Source: Lytechinus pictus (lineage: Eukaryota). From it: a stretch of 64,000 nucleotides of DNA. Position 1 is the stretch's first letter. The number at the start of each line of letters is the position of its first letter. The notes under the pieces are model-generated. The model saw nothing but the letters and a program-made list of their open reading frames with translations, did no database searches and was not told the DNA's origin. Positions 1 through 13,944 of this stretch are shown here, in pieces. A program made the position numbers and the translations under genes. The DNA lies in the NCBI RefSeq assembly GCF_037042905.1, contig NC_087245.1:36830001-36894000 (forward strand), read 5' to 3'.

Positions 1-3
1 CGT

Positions 4-257
4 CACTAGCGTACCTACGGGAGGGGGGCAGTCTGCCCCCCCCTGACGAGCCACAACCCATACAAAGGACGTATCCCTGCCCCCCCCCCTGACGAAGTTG
101 AAAGACCTTTTTTGTCCCCCCCCCCTGACAAGCTTGAAGACCTTCATTGACCCCCCTGACGAGCTCAAAGACCTTTTTTTTTGCTTGGCAAATTTTTGGC
201 GGACGGTTTTGCCCCCCCCCCCCCCCCCCTCTGTGGAAAATCCTAGGTACGCCACTG
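4..257. mobile_element. hAT-like MITE with GC-rich TIRs
   Basis: Ends CACTAGCGTACCTA (4-17) and TAGGTACGCCACTG (244-257) are imperfect inverted repeats; internal CCCCCTGACGAG repeats; left flank is cut by the window edge. Confidence 0.6.
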
Positions 258-865
258 ATCCCTGTAATTACGTCTATGTCCCGCAGGGGTAATTGAAAAA
301 AAACTGTCCCCATAAACAAGGACACTTTCAATTTATCAAAACATGATTTGTCTTGGTTTACGAGGATATCCTTGTTTTCTGGGACAATCTCAATTTTTGG
401 ACCAGTGCCTCTAGGCTCTACTACATCATAAGACTGGGTCATTTGACAATATTTGACTCTGCATCTAACAATAGATCTACATGTAGTACTAGTAGATGTA
501 ATATATATATCATTTGATGATAATAATTGAGTAATACAGCCCTGTAGCCAATGGTTTTAATAAAGTATAAGGGGGTTTAATTCCATCCCTTCCTTGGCTG
601 AGAAATTTTGACCCCCCCCCAAAAAAAAAAAAAAAAAAATTGGTTATCATGCATACAATCAGACAATCAGTCTTTTTTTGTGCATGACTGAGATTTCACC
701 TCCCTTCCTCTTTTTCTAGCTTTCGACATTTTACGGCAAGCAATGTCTGGGTATTTTAATACATGAACGTTAATTTAGTACATGTATGTAAGTAATGATA
801 AACTTAAAGATTTGCAATGAGTATTGCGTGTGACTTGTTGAGTGAGCACTAGCAGACTACATTAC

Positions 866-1063
866 CTCAAATTCTTCCATGGAATGAGCTGCAGTCAAGT
901 GATAGCGCAAGTTTGTCGTGCCTCCTGTGTAAGCCAATATCTTTTCGCAAAAGCGACACCGTGCTCTGCGAGTTTCTCTGTTCAGCTCCATAAATTGCCA
1001 TACTGAGGATCGAGGGCTCAGAATTTTGCCACTCCGACCAGCCTGGGGACTGCTCCTTTTCAT
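866..1063 (-). pseudogene. BED zinc-finger exon (hAT transposase/ZBED-like N-terminus), antisense in a NUB1 intron
   Basis: MKRSS...RSSVWQFM..ARCRFCEKILAYTGGTTNLRYHLTAAH has the BED pattern (W, CxxC, HxxxxH); ATG at 1063; frame ends at a GAG|GTAATG donor-like site; no catalytic domain seen. Confidence 0.6.
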
Positions 1064-1864
1064 TTCTAAAGACCTCGATATCAAGGGTTGTTGTAAATAT
1101 GAGTAAAATGTGATCGATTCCTGATGAAAATCCGACGGAAGGACAGCTTGTATCATGCAGCAGTCACGTACGAACCGTATACGAACAGGGGCCACGCGCT
1201 GCTCATCGATTGGGGTCATTTGTTAGACTCTCTTCGCAGTCGTTTGTTCTTTTCTGCATATGGTCTACGTCCATATATCTTTTCGCTCAAAATAATCGCC
1301 TAATATAGGCTAAAGTAAAATCTTGATTGATCATTGCAAAAAACATTTATAATTTTAATTACATAAGAAAAAAAGCGGGGATGTGACATAATCAGCCCAC
1401 CTAATGAATTTTCATGACGATGTGCATATGTTTTCACAAATTTAGATATTGATAAAACTAAAATTCAATAACTTTGATTTGTTATCAGATTTTGAAGATA
1501 ATTTCATTTTCAGCATTTTGCTCTGTGAATTTTACTCTATCTATTTAAGATATAAACATTTTCAGCCCGGATCATCCCTTTTATAGTACTGAGCAATGCA
1601 TGCGTTTTTTTTTTTAAATATAATATTTTCCTCTTATTCACGATTTCCGCCCGTATTTTTGTTTCTTTAAACTTTACTAGGAAATTGCCCTTCCACTTTA
1701 GAATAATTATTGCAATTTACCAGATACTCTATCGGCTATTGAAGCTCCGGGGTCACCGGCCATTAGTGGTTGACACTGCTATTTATTTTATTTTCATTTT
1801 TATCTTTAAGACATTATCAAGGAGAAAAAAAAATGCTTGTCTAATTTCTCAAGACCAAATGACC

Positions 1865-1895
<31 letters not shown>

Positions 1896-2670
1896 GGGGG
1901 GGGGTCTTTTATTTAAGCTATGCAGCACCCCTGTTAAAAAAATCGTTTAGAGCACCGGAGAGCACAGTGACTGTATACGCCCCCCCCCCCCTTCCACTGG
2001 ATTTTCTTGTATTAGAGAGAGCCCAGCACTGCGTTTTCTACATTTTGTCCGACACAATAAGGGGAGCGTTTCATGAAAGGTCTTGTTTTATCCGAAAGTT
2101 ATAGGAACTGTGGTTCTATATATAGGCAATCAAAATCAAGGAAAGTATCTGTTGTCGGACCTGACAACTCGTCGATTAGACGAAAAATGTTGATGAAGTG
2201 AGGCTCCCCTGATAACTTTCCTTGATTTTGAATGACTGAGAACTTTTAACTGTCAGATAAAAAACATCCCTCATGCTGCATGCCCATTGTCGGACAAAAC
2301 GTCCGACAAAATTTCATGAAAGGATCGCCTAATCCCCAAGAATTACTCTAGAAAAATATTGCCGGTAAAAGTGCTCCATGAGGGTGTCCAACGAAGTACA
2401 TTGTGCATTTCTTTGGGGCATTTTTATTTATCCAGTGTGATGAAAATTTCCCGGGGAAAATTTTGCCCATTCTCAAGTAATTGCTGCTATTTTTTTAACC
2501 TTACTGGATATTATGTTTCCCGCATTGGGTAAAATACTGCCCAAAATTGTCTTGGACACAATCAAATTACCCTCGTGGTGGTAAACATTTTACCAATATT
2601 TTTCATAGTGAGGATCAATTCAAGTAAAACATTCATCACTTGAAATCATATTTTATGATCTTGTATGCAG

Positions 2671-2869
2671 GGTGAAGATAGATTTATACGATCAGATGGT
2701 AGCGATGGGGTTTTCCAAGTCAACCGTTGCGGCGGCACTAAGGCACACCAACAACGATCTCCACGGTGCTCTGCGGATCATCCAGGAACAACCAGAACTA
2801 CTCTCTTTACCAGACACTGATGTCGTTCCGGGTTGGGATGGGCCAATCACAGATGAGATGATTGCGCAG
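2671..2869 (+). CDS. NUB1: NUB1 internal exon (UBA domain)
   Basis: tgcag| acceptor and CAG|GTTCGT donor; encodes VKIDLYDQMVAMGFSKSTVAAALRHTNNDLHGALRIIQEQPELL with the UBA MGF...AL motif; splices in phase 0 to the next exon. Confidence 0.88.
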
Positions 2870-3523
2870 GTTCGTTCCTCTAATTAAGCTCCTCCCTGGG
2901 GCGGTGTCATGGTAGTTTGATAGCTGGGTGGAGTCTGGAGACAGGGGCGGGAGACGATGTTGTACTGGATTGGAAAAACTAGGTGTTTTATCTTCCGGGA
3001 TTATCAAATTGTATTAGGCTTTTTTTTTTCCTTTTTTTTTGCATGGGTCGGGCGGGCGTCCCTTCCTCCCATATCCTCCACTCCACGCTCATCCTCAGTA
3101 ACTCTATTTTTGTGACTTGATAATGCATTCTTATATTTTCCCCATGTTTTTTCTTCATTCAAGTATCGGTTTCTTGCTGATTGATTTTTAAAAAATCCAT
3201 GTTGGGCTGAAAGTCTTATGATGTAGAAGATGACTGGATAGGTCTGACAACTTTCCTTGATTCCGATTGGCTGAGAAGTACTGTTACTATGGTAATTGTC
3301 GAATGAAAAAGGACTTGTAATGTCCGACAAGTCATTTCATGAAACACTCCACTGGTTACCTCTCCACCGCCTTCCATCGATCCCCACCCGGCCCCTTCCC
3401 TCCTCCAACCCTGCCCTCCTTCTCTCTCACCCCCTCTCCCCCTATCCCCCCACTTCTCGATCCTCCCTCTCTCTCTCTCCCCCATTTTCACCAGTTCCTC
3501 TCTGTATTCAATTGATTATTTAG

Positions 3524-3677
3524 CTCACAGAACTTGGCTTTAACGTTGATGTTGCTAAGGATGCTTTAAAGCGGTATGGAGGAGTAGTCAACAAGGCCGT
3601 TGAGAAGCTGTTATCCTCGGGAGGGATCCTGCTTCCACTCCCATCACCATCCTCCACAGCAGGAGCATCAAATTCAG
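3524..3677 (+). CDS. NUB1: NUB1 internal exon (UBA domain plus Ser/Pro-rich linker)
   Basis: tttag| acceptor, G|GTACG donor; LTELGFNVDVAKDALKRYGGVVNKAVEKLLSSGGILLPLPSPSSTAGASNS; ends in phase 1. Confidence 0.85.
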
Positions 3678-3895
3678 GTACGACCAAAAAGACTTTGGTC
3701 AACACGTTAAGATTAAAACAGGCTCAAGATCAATGCGGTTTAATTGGTTGCATTTTTTTCTAACTGGGGGGTTTAAGTATAACAAACAAAATATATTGTA
3801 TGCATTGTTCCGAATGATATATTCTGAGGCCGGTTCGTTGTTCCGAAATTTGCAAATGGAAATTACCGAGGTGTTCGAAAAATAAACACACAAGG

Positions 3896-4428
3896 CCCGG
3901 GGGGGGGGGGGGGGGCACTTACATTGACAAGTGGATACCTTGCGCGACCAAAAAAACACGTAAAAAGGATGTCATTTTCAAGATAGGGCACGTTACGTAC
4001 GTAACGTAATAAGAGTGTCAAAAACACTAAAATAATGAGGAAAAAAGGGTATCTATTTCGCTATGAAAACCACGCGTTTAGGGTCAAATTTGCGAGGGTA
4101 CAAAAAAAGACTAATTAATATTTTATAAAGGATGTACTTTTTGCCCCACAGTCAACACTACGTGTTAAGAGTCCGATTTGCATGATGTACATGATTGTAG
4201 GTAAAGGTAAAACTTTCGTCCGTGGTGACTTATAACAATTAAAATATCGCTGTACTTGTTTAGGGGTTCAATTTTGTTTCCAATACTTGTTAAGGGTAGG
4301 GTTTCACACGCCAATACTTGTTAAGGGGTGCATTTTCGGAATGACTTGTTTAGGGTGCTTTTCGAGACCCCATGGTCACGCATGGTCCCCGCATGGTATC
4401 CACTCGTCAATGGAAGTGGCCCCCCGGG
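3896..4428 (+). mobile_element. Non-autonomous DNA transposon, CCCGGG-terminal family (diverged copy)
   Basis: Same sequence family as 10007-10557 and 20642-21219; CACAAGG flanks both ends. Confidence 0.8.
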
Positions 4429-4911
4429 CACAAGGTATAGAAAATACCAAACACTCCTCTGACTTTTTATAGGGATGGCCCTTTTTCCACCCTTTCATCT
4501 GTTGAGCATGGCCGTTGTGATTTGGAAAAGAAGTTGTTTTAACACTAAAAATTGTGAGCTATGGTTATACAAGAAATTATAACAAGTTTTTGTTCAAAGT
4601 ACATGTTTGCAATGTTCTAGTGGGTTTGGATTTTTTGGCATATTACGGTTATAGCATGGACGTAGGTCCGTGGTTGTAGGGAGATAATCCTGTTCAACAA
4701 TTTCGGAGTCTGATGAATGCATCTTCTTCTTCTTCTTGTTCTTCCTCCGCTTATCGGAGATCAGTACCAAAATGCAGTTTGACGTAATCCATCCATCCAG
4801 TACATTGCATTTGAAGTTTAAATTACATGATCAATAATTCATTGAGGACAGGAAAGAGATACGTTTCATATGAATTTTATATAAAAATAACAGAGTATCT
4901 GTTACAAGCTG

Positions 4912-5152
4912 CACTGTAAAAACTGTGGTGTTAAAACTGACACCAGTGGGTGTTAATATAGAGGACCACACCCTCTGGTGTTAAAATTACACCCTAGAGA
5001 TTGAATATAACACCAAAGAGTGTACATGTAACAACCAAAGGTGTTGCAATAACACCTATAGGTGCTAAACTAACACTGTCAATTTAACACCGGTGTAAAA
5101 TAACTGGTGTGGTCCTCTATGTACACCGGTTAACACCGCATTTTTTGCTGTG
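4912..5152. mobile_element. CACTA/EnSpm(CMC)-like MITE
   Basis: CACTGTAAAAACTGTGGTGTTAA ... TTAACACCGCATTTTTTGCTGTG ends, TG 2-bp flank on both sides, internal AACACC subterminal repeats. Confidence 0.65.
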
Positions 5153-5347
5153 TGACAGCAGACTGAAGAAGGAAGATTAAGAGACCTTGGTAAGAGTACC
5201 ACAGAGCATCGTCGATTAATGAAATAGTAAATACCTAAATATTTGAAATTTTGGAGATTCACTAATGTCCTGACTGATACATTTATGATTTGTGTAGTTA
5301 TGTGCTGAATCAAAACAAGATAAAAACCCGCTTTCATCTCATTACAG

Positions 5348-5505
5348 CTGACGAAGTTGAAAAACTCACGGCTGAGCAAAAGCAGGCTATAGAGGACGTC
5401 CTACCTGATATACCGGACCACGAAGAGGATTATCTGGACATTACTTTGGAGGAAGAAGCCTCTTTTATTGCCGAATACAAAGCAAGAATACATTCTGCAC
5501 TTTGA
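5348..5505 (+). CDS. NUB1: NUB1 terminal coding exon
   Basis: ttacag| acceptor, phase 1 matches the previous exon; ADEVEKLTAEQKQAIEDVLPDIPDHEEDYLDITLEEEASFIAEYKARIHSAL* resembles the vertebrate NUB1 C-terminus (recalled as DIPEHEEDYLDSTLEDEE..IAEY). Confidence 0.9.
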
Positions 5506-8500
5506 TGCTGCCAGTATAGAATACGAAAGACTTTGATATTGAATATATCATATCTGCACTTAGATATGAACTGTTTATTTTGAGTTCCTGAAATAGTAAT
5601 TTCCAAGCCCTTTATATCACAATCTGATGGCGCCGTACAAGAACTGTTCATTATTATTTATAGTATTATTATTATTATTGTGGAAATTGGCAAATATATG
5701 TAGTTTAATTTTCGACTTTCGCACACGAAACAAAAATAGGAAGAATCAAAGTGCCTGAAGAATTAATTTGAGATACCTAAAACAGAATTTTATTGAAATA
5801 TGAGGAGGATTGGGGATTGGGTATGTTAAGTCTCACAAAACTATGTACATTTGAGAACTTACTGATTAATTATTATACCTATATTCATATTTTTTATGGT
5901 TATTAATTAGTGCAACTCACGACTCCCCTGCTTAGGAAGAAATATAACAAAATGTTGGAGAAGATGGTGGTGTGGGGAGTGGAATTTCGCTAAGAGTTCT
6001 GACGTTCTTTCTGAGAAGCTTGCATATAGAATCATTACTGAGTTTCTACCTGTGCATGGTTGCAGGTTAATGTTTACAATTTTTATTCTCTTGTTATTTT
6101 ATGATGATTTTGCAGTCATTATCAAGTTGTAATATGCCCACATGTTCACTCTCATTTGTTTTGTCATATTAATTCATACCCATTCACGTTTGGTGTGATT
6201 GAGCTTAACCATTAATTGTACATAATTTGTCTAATGATTGATTGCATTGAGCCCAATCAATAATAAATCATAAACATATGTCGTATGATTGGTTGCTAAG
6301 CTTTCTGTTAATTGACCCTGCATGATTATAAGAAATTACACCTAGGTCAATAATATGCATTTATTATGAGATATATTTAAGATATTTTAATATATTTTGG
6401 TCGTTTAATATATATCTACTGATCTTTATTTCATATGTAACTATATCATGTGCCTTCAACTTTCTTGCAATATTCACAAAAAATGAAATGTTTAGGGTTT
6501 GATTGTCAGGTTTGTATTCTATCACATGATATGAATAAATTATGGCACAACTGAGAATAAAAGGAAACCTTAGAAACGGAACGGTAAGTTGAAAGTATAT
6601 AGCTCATGTTTTTCATGATATTCGTTAGCATCTGTTTCTGTCTTTTCTTAATTTTCAATGTTACAACTGCACCATATCGTCTTTTCATGTATTACAGGGG
6701 CATAGATTGTTATTGAATGGGGATATTGAATTTCAGATTCAAGCCCGGATATTATAGGGTATGTTGTAGGTGGCCGAAGGACCAATTATGTTGTTAATAT
6801 TGTAGAAAATTTGTTCTTTGGTCAACGAGGCTTTGAAAAAATAAATGATATCTGACACCCTTAACCCATTAAGATAAACGCTCTTCCGGGGCCATGGGAA
6901 CGATTTTTTGAGTGGGGGCGGTGCTGATGTAAATTTGAAAAGCAAAAAAAAAAAAACGGTTTAGATACAAATTGAGGGTCATTTTGTAGACATTTTTTTT
7001 TTTTTTTACACATCTTCCAGAATACCTGGGAGTGCTGCCTATGGGGAATAATACGTGCAGCACCCCCAAGGAAATGTTTGGGGGTGCTTAATATAAGCTT
7101 CCCAGGTAGGCCGTACTCTTTTCAGATTCAGGTGACCCCCAATACGAGGTTCACTTTGATTTTTTTGTTGTTCAAATATTGGCCTAACTTTATAGCAAAT
7201 TAGAAATCCGACTAAATTCATCTCACTGAAGTGCCTATACATGCCTCAACTAAGAACTAGTTCAGAGTATTTCATGGGCAATAAACTGGAATAACTTGGG
7301 TGGCTGATATATACTGTGATTCTTGGGTGATAAACGCCCCCCCCCCCCCCAAAAAAAAAAAAAAAAAAAAAAAAGAGAGAGGGAGGAAAAAGTAACATAT
7401 TAAAAGAAAAATAAAGAAGGAAAGAAATGGTCCGATGTGCAATCGTTGAGTATCTCTCGTTTAATGAATATATAGCAAACTTGCTTATCTTTTAATTCAT
7501 TTATTATTTTTAGCATCCTTTAAACCTAGAACGACTTGGATCATGATGCCCCCTGTTTCGCCCCTTCTCCCGAAATTAAGACATAATACGGAGTACATGA
7601 AATTTAACGACCCCCTTTTCTATGAAGTCATTTGAACTGAACCTTTGAGACAAAATCTGCAACATATTGGAAACGGGCCGCGGAACATGGGGGCTGGGGG
7701 CTTCACTAAGCCGCCACTTAAAAAAAACGTGAAAAGGACAATCTGATTTTGTTATGCATAGCCAGCCCCCCCCCCCCTTCTCAAAACCGCTCCACTGCTG
7801 CTTGTGAGAGTTAACCATTGCAAAGCCATGCGGCATTTTTATAGACAATATCGTGTCGATTATGGCTATTTTTGTGATAAATCTGCGAAAGGAATATGAA
7901 ATTAAATAGTATGGTGTTCGCAAGCACAATATATGTATTTTTTTCAATGAATGGATACTTGAAAGTTAATAAATTATTTCAACACCAGGTTTGTTATTTT
8001 TAAGGAACATAATTATGTTGGCAATTTTGCGCTGATGATGGCCGATGATCAGAAAAGCCTCCAACACTTCCGAAGTCAGGCTTAAAATAGTGAAAGTGGT
8101 GTCTTAAAGTAAATACCTTATCTCTCCGATTTAATAATAATATCTGTAAGAAGGCCGTATTGATATTGATACAAAACGTCATAGCTTCCCTATAAATCAA
8201 CATCTAAAGGAGATGAAGCCGACATTATACCGAGAACAGATGGACGTAGAAAACTGCTGGAACCATTTTCATAAAGCTTATAATAATTAGCCTTATGGAA
8301 CACAAGACTGCAAATTTTGATGACAGATTTCCCATTGTTCTAACAAAGAAGATAAAGTGCAGGTAAAGAAATTAGAGTATATGGAAAAGAAATGTCTTTG
8401 TATTTTTACATTTTGAATGATCCATCGAACTCGTATTTTTTGGGTCATTAAGCACCTTACCTCTTGTCTTTCCGACACCCCTACCTCGGATTATCAATGT

Positions 8501-10006
8501 GAGCAAAATAACAGGGGGTTGCTATATTTTTGTTAGAGTTCTTCGAATCCGCAATAATCTTATGTAAAAATAAATAGAATCTATTTGAAAAATGAAGGAA
8601 ACTATTTGTTTTAGGACCAAAATCACATTTGATCAGTGCGTTTTTAGATTGTAGTCATAATGACTACAAGAGACCGTCTTAATTAAGTGAATGCAATGTC
8701 TTTATAGAATGTATTATCAGGGGCCTTCTGTATTGCTTGTTCATGTAATGTTTATTCATGATTTTATTTGCATGCAGGAATTATCTATACAATAATACAA
8801 ATCAATTAATTTTCTAAAGGTTTTACTGTGTTGCTTAGCTGTTGGTTTGCCAATTATGTGAGGGGGGGGGCTATAATGTCTTTATTTACTAAAAATAATA
8901 GGGGTGAAAGCCAGAAACAAGTTGGGCCAATCAATTGAGGAAGGAACTGCATTGAATACAGTTTGGTGAGGAACTTTTCTTTCTATCAGATTTTATCAAA
9001 GAATATTGTATTTTCTTCATTTTTGCGTATTTTCTAATTTCATGAGATTTGTGGGGAAAGGTTATTTATCTTTGTTTTATTTTATCAACTCCATGCCAAA
9101 TAAAAGAAATTGAGACCTATATTGATTTTTCTCGTGTTAGTCATGATCGGGTCTTTCAATTCGACGGAAGAGAAATTGCATGTGTGTGCGAGAGAGAGAG
9201 GGGGAGAGGGAGGAGGGCGGGGTGGGGAAGAGAGAGATTGAGAGGGAGATAAAAAAAAAACTACACCAATGTATCAATACCAATAAAGTTAATGAGGCGG
9301 GAGCAGTGTATAGGGATATATTGCGTTCATAATTATAGCAACAACCTCCCCCTCCCCTCCCCTTAATAAACCTTTTAGTATATTATTATTATTTTCCTCC
9401 AAAGATGTCGTGCTCTGCCGACTGGCGGTCAAAAACGTTGAAAGTTATAGGGACTCACGTATAATGGCAGTATATCGGAATGTGCGCCCTTATAAGACCC
9501 CATTTCAGTTACGGCTACGCCTTAGAATAGTTCTCAAGCGTAATTGTGAAGTTTCCCCGGATTTTTCACCCTTGTATCAGTATCATTGACCAACCCTAAA
9601 TCCTCCGTCCCAATCAAGCCCCCATCAGTCGACGTGTCGGTTCTCGAAGACCCACATTAATGTTTAATTTAAGTTCCCAAACACCACCATTTGTCTTGTT
9701 TCCCGCTTATTTCATATCAACTTCAGCATGGGTATGGTTTCAGACTTTAATGAAAATAGGCCTACAGATGTATTTTTTATTCAACTTATGCAGTATACAT
9801 TTTTTTTGCATCGGTAATGTAGGCCTAATCATTCAACTGTAAGTGTATTAAAGGGATTAATTGTCCCTCAGCTCAGCTTAAGAATTGAATTGAACTGTTT
9901 TCAAAGGGCGTATATATATAGGCTGGGGTGCACGTGTGTCTATAGGGGAGGGCCACTGAGCCGCTGATGGGGCATGCAGGGGGTAACTTTGACACTGGCA
10001 TGCAAG

Positions 10007-10557
10007 CCCGGGGGGGCCACTTCCATTCACGAGTGGATACCATGCGCGACCATGGGGTCTCGAAAAGCACCCTAAACACGTAATTTCCATATTCTGAAAA
10101 TGCACCCCTTAACAAGTATTGGCGTGTGAAACCCTACCCTTAACAAGTATTGGTAACAAAACGATACTCTTGGCAAATGTTCCCTGAAATGAACCCCTAA
10201 ACAAGTACAGGAATGTTTTATTGTTACGGGTCCTTCGGTCGTCGGCTTTACCTTATTTGGTTTAGTACGAACCCACCTTCTACACCTCGCGCAAATCGGA
10301 CTCTAAACACGAAGTGTTGGGGCAAAAAGGACATCCTTTATAAAACATTTTAATTTTGTTTTATCATCCCCGCGAATTCGACCCTAAACACGTAATTTTC
10401 CTAGCGAAATAGATACCCTTTTTTCATTATTTTTGTGTTTTTGACACCCTTATCACGTTACGTACGTAACGTGCCCTATCGTGAAAAAGACATCCTTTTT
10501 ACGTGTTTTTTTGGTCGCGCATGGTATCCACTCGTCAATGTAAGTGGCCCCCCCGGG
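10007..10557 (-). mobile_element. Non-autonomous DNA transposon, CCCGGG-terminal family, 8-bp TSD
   Basis: TIR CCCGGGGGGGCCACTT..ACGAGTGGATACCATGCGCGACCA; TSD CATGCAAG at 9999-10006 and 10558-10565; single CATGCAAG empty site at 14670-14677. Confidence 0.92.
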
Positions 10558-10965
10558 CATGCAAGCAAACGAAATTTGTACCTCTTAAAGATTCCGGCTC
10601 TTCTTCTGCTTTCAACAGCTGATTTTCCCGGGATTTTTCCACCTCGCCAAGATGTGTACCGCCCCCTCCCCCATAAAAATTTTGTTGGACCTCCCCATGC
10701 TCAAACCAGACTGTACGCCCAGCTTAATCGACGGTAATTTTTTTTAACAGGCTCCTTGATAAATGTGTATATTGGTCGTTTCCGCACTTACCCCCCCCCC
10801 CTCTCAATTATATCCGCTATACCAATCTGTACTGACGTCAACCCTGGTTGCAGCTTGCAGTGGGGTACGGTCGCACCGGTAGCACCGATGGGGCTCGTTC
10901 GGGCGCGCGCGCCGGCCCAGTATCCGTTTGAAACGCTGCGGCTTTAACTGATCCACGTCCACGTC

Positions 10966-10973
10966 TATATAAA
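10966..10973 (+). promoter_or_regulatory. Candidate TATA box of CASD1 promoter, copy 1
   Basis: TATATAAA 85 nt upstream of ATG 11051, preceded by a CpG-rich stretch. Confidence 0.5.
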
Positions 10974-11050
10974 TCGGCTAGAAATCTGTCTCTACTTCAG
11001 TGTAAACAACCAATTCTACTCAATCGATAAGCTTCTTTGAAACTAAGAAA

Positions 11051-11201
11051 ATGGCACAAGGGCTATCAGAATCAGAGGGTGGATGTAAAACAGGAGAATG
11101 GCATCCATTTGACTTGATAAACGAAAAGAATGGAAAACGTCTCTCCTTCTTTCTTGTTGTGCTCATCGTCTGCTTCCACATTGCTCGACATCAGCTATTT
11201 C
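11051..11201 (+). CDS. CASD1: CASD1 exon 1, upstream duplicate copy
   Basis: Identical to 15173-15323: MAQGLSESEGG...RLSFFLVVLIVCFHIARHQLF (signal anchor), C|GTAAG donor, phase 1. Confidence 0.7.
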
Positions 11202-13944
11202 GTAAGAATTTCATAAATTTGTATTCTCAGAATCTTAGGGAGGGATTTTGTATGATGCTAATAATGACAAATGTTCAGTGAGATTATTTTATCAATGGCC
11301 TGCCTGGGCTGAAGTGCCTATACATGCCTCAACTAAGAACTAGTTCAGAGTATTTCATGGGCAATAAACTGGAATAACTTGGGTGGCTGATATATACTGT
11401 GATTCTTGGGTGATAAACGCCCCCCCCCCCCCAAAAAAAAAAAAAAAAAAAAAAAAGAGAGGGAGGAAAAAGTAACATATTAAAAGAAAAATAAAGAAGG
11501 AAAGAAATGGTCCGATGTGCAATCGTTGAGTATCTCTCGTTTAATGAATATATAGCAAACTTGCTTATCTTTTAATTCATTTATTATTTTTAGCATCCTT
11601 TAAACCTAGAACGACTTGGATCATGATGCCCCCTGTTTCGCCCCTTCTCCCGAAATTAAGACATAATACGGAGTACATGAAATTTAACGACCCCCTTTTC
11701 TATGAAGTCATTTGAACTGAACCTTTGAGACAAAATCTGCAACATATTGGAAACGGGCCGCGGAACATGGGGGCTGGGGGCTTCACTAAGCCGCCACTTA
11801 AAAAAAACGTGAAAAGGACAATCTGATTTTGTTATGCATAGCCAGCCCCCCCCCCCCCTTCTCAAAACCGCTCCACTGCTGCTTGTGAGAGTTAACCATT
11901 GCAAAGCCATGCGGCATTTTTATAGACAATATCGTGTCGATTATGGCTATTTTTGTGATAAATCTGCGAAAGGAATATGAAATTAAATAGTATGGTGTTC
12001 GCAAGCACAATATATGTATTTTTTTCAATGAATGGATACTTGAAAGTTAATAAATTATTTCAACACCAGGTTTGTTATTTTTAAGGAACATAATTATGTT
12101 GGCAATTTTGCGCTGATGATGGCCGATGATCAGAAAAGCCTCCAACACTTCCGAAGTCAGGCTTAAAATAGTGAAAGTGGTGTCTTAAAGTAAATACCTT
12201 ATCTCTCCGATTTAATAATAATATCTGTAAGAAGGCCGTATTGATATTGATACAAAACGTCATAGCTTCCCTATAAATCAACATCTAAAGGAGATGAAGC
12301 CGACATTATACCGAGAACAGATGAACGTAGAAAACTGCTGGAACCATTTTCATAAAGCTTATAATAATTAGCCTTATGGAACACAAGACTGCAAATTTTG
12401 ATGACAGATTTCCCATTGTTCTAACAAAGAAGATAAAGTGCAGGTAAAGAAATTAGAGTATATGGAAAAGAAATGTCTTTGTATTTTTACATTTTGAATG
12501 ATCCATCGAACTCGTATTTTTTGGGTCATTAAGCACCTTACCTCTTGTCTTTCCGACGCCCCTACCTCGGATTATCAATGTGAGCAAAATAACAGGGGGT
12601 TGCTATATTTTTGTTAGAGTTCTTCGAATCCGCAATAATCTTATGTAAAAATAAATAGAATCTATTTGAAAAATGAAGGAAACTATTTGTTTTAGGACCA
12701 AAATCACATTTGATCAGTGCGTTTTTAGATTGTAGTCATAATGACTACAAGAGACCGTCTTAATTAAGTGAATGCAATGTCTTTATAGAATGTATTATCA
12801 GGGGCCTTCTGTATTGCTTGTTCATGTAATGTTTATTCATGATTTTATTTGCATGCAGGAATTATCTATACAATAATACAAATCAATTAATTTTCTAAAG
12901 GTTTTACTGTGTTGCTTAGCTGTTGGTTTGCCAATTATGTGAGGGGGGGGGGGGCTATAATGTCTTTATTTACTAAAAATAATAGGGGTGAAAGCCAGAA
13001 ACAAGTTGGGCCAATCAATTGAGGAAGGAACTGCATTGAATACAGTTTGGTGAGGAACTTTTCTTTCTATCAGATTTTATCAAAGAATATTGTATTTTCT
13101 TCATTTTTGCGTATTTTCTAATTTCATGAGATTTGTGGGGAAAGGTTATTTATCTTTGTTTCATTTTATCAACTCCATGCCAAATAAAAGAAATTGAGAC
13201 CTATATTGATTTTTCTCGTGTTAGTCATGATCGGGTCTTTCAATTCGACGGAAGAGAAATTGCATGTGTGTGCGAGAGAGAGAGGGGGAGAGGGAGGAGG
13301 GCGGGGTGGGGAAGAGAGAGATTGAGAGGGAGATAAAAAAAAAACTACACCAATGTATCAATACCAATAAAGTTAATGAGGCGGGAGCAGTGTATAGGGA
13401 TATATTGTGTTCATAATTATAGCAACAACCTCCCCCTCCCCTCCCCTTAATAAACCTTTTAGTATATTATTATTATTTTCCTCCAAAGATGTCGTGCTCT
13501 GCCGACTGGCGGTCAAAAACGTTGAAAGTTATAGGGACTCACGTATAATGGCAGTATATCGGAATGTGCGCCCTTATAAGACCCCATTTCAGTTACGGCT
13601 ACGCCTTAGAATAGTTCTCAAGCGTAATTGTGAAGTTTCCCCGGATTTTTCACCCTTGTATCAGTATCATTGACCAACCCTAAATCCTCCGTCCCAATCA
13701 AGCCCCCATCAGTCGACGTGTCGGTTCTCGAAGACCCACATTAATGTTTAATTTAAGTTCCCAAACACCACCATTTGTCTTGTTTCCCGCTTATTTCATA
13801 TCAACTTCAGCATGGGTATGGTTTCAGACTTTAATGAAAATAGGCCTACAGATGTATTTTTTATTCAACTTATGCAGTATACATTTTTTTTGCATCGGTA
13901 ATGTAGGCCTAATCATTCAACTGTAAGTGTATTAAAGGGATTAA

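Larger units (their letters stand above)
7226..11311 (+). repeat. Tandem segmental duplication, copy 1 (CASD1 upstream region plus exon 1)
   Basis: Near-identical to 11309-15443; duplicated ORFs in the track (8000/12081, 9049/13133, 9660/13744, 11051/15173). Confidence 0.95.

Noticed and set aside
4680..4765. Possible extra Ser-rich NUB1 exon
   Set aside because: The AG at 4678-4679 gives an immediate stop in the required phase; 3677 splices in frame directly to 5348
6262..6267. NUB1 polyadenylation signal
   Set aside because: Several AATAAA hexamers in AT-rich sequence; cannot choose one without transcript data
7576..9842. Short ORFs repeated in both duplication copies
   Set aside because: Identity reflects the recent duplication; no recognisable domains or splice structure
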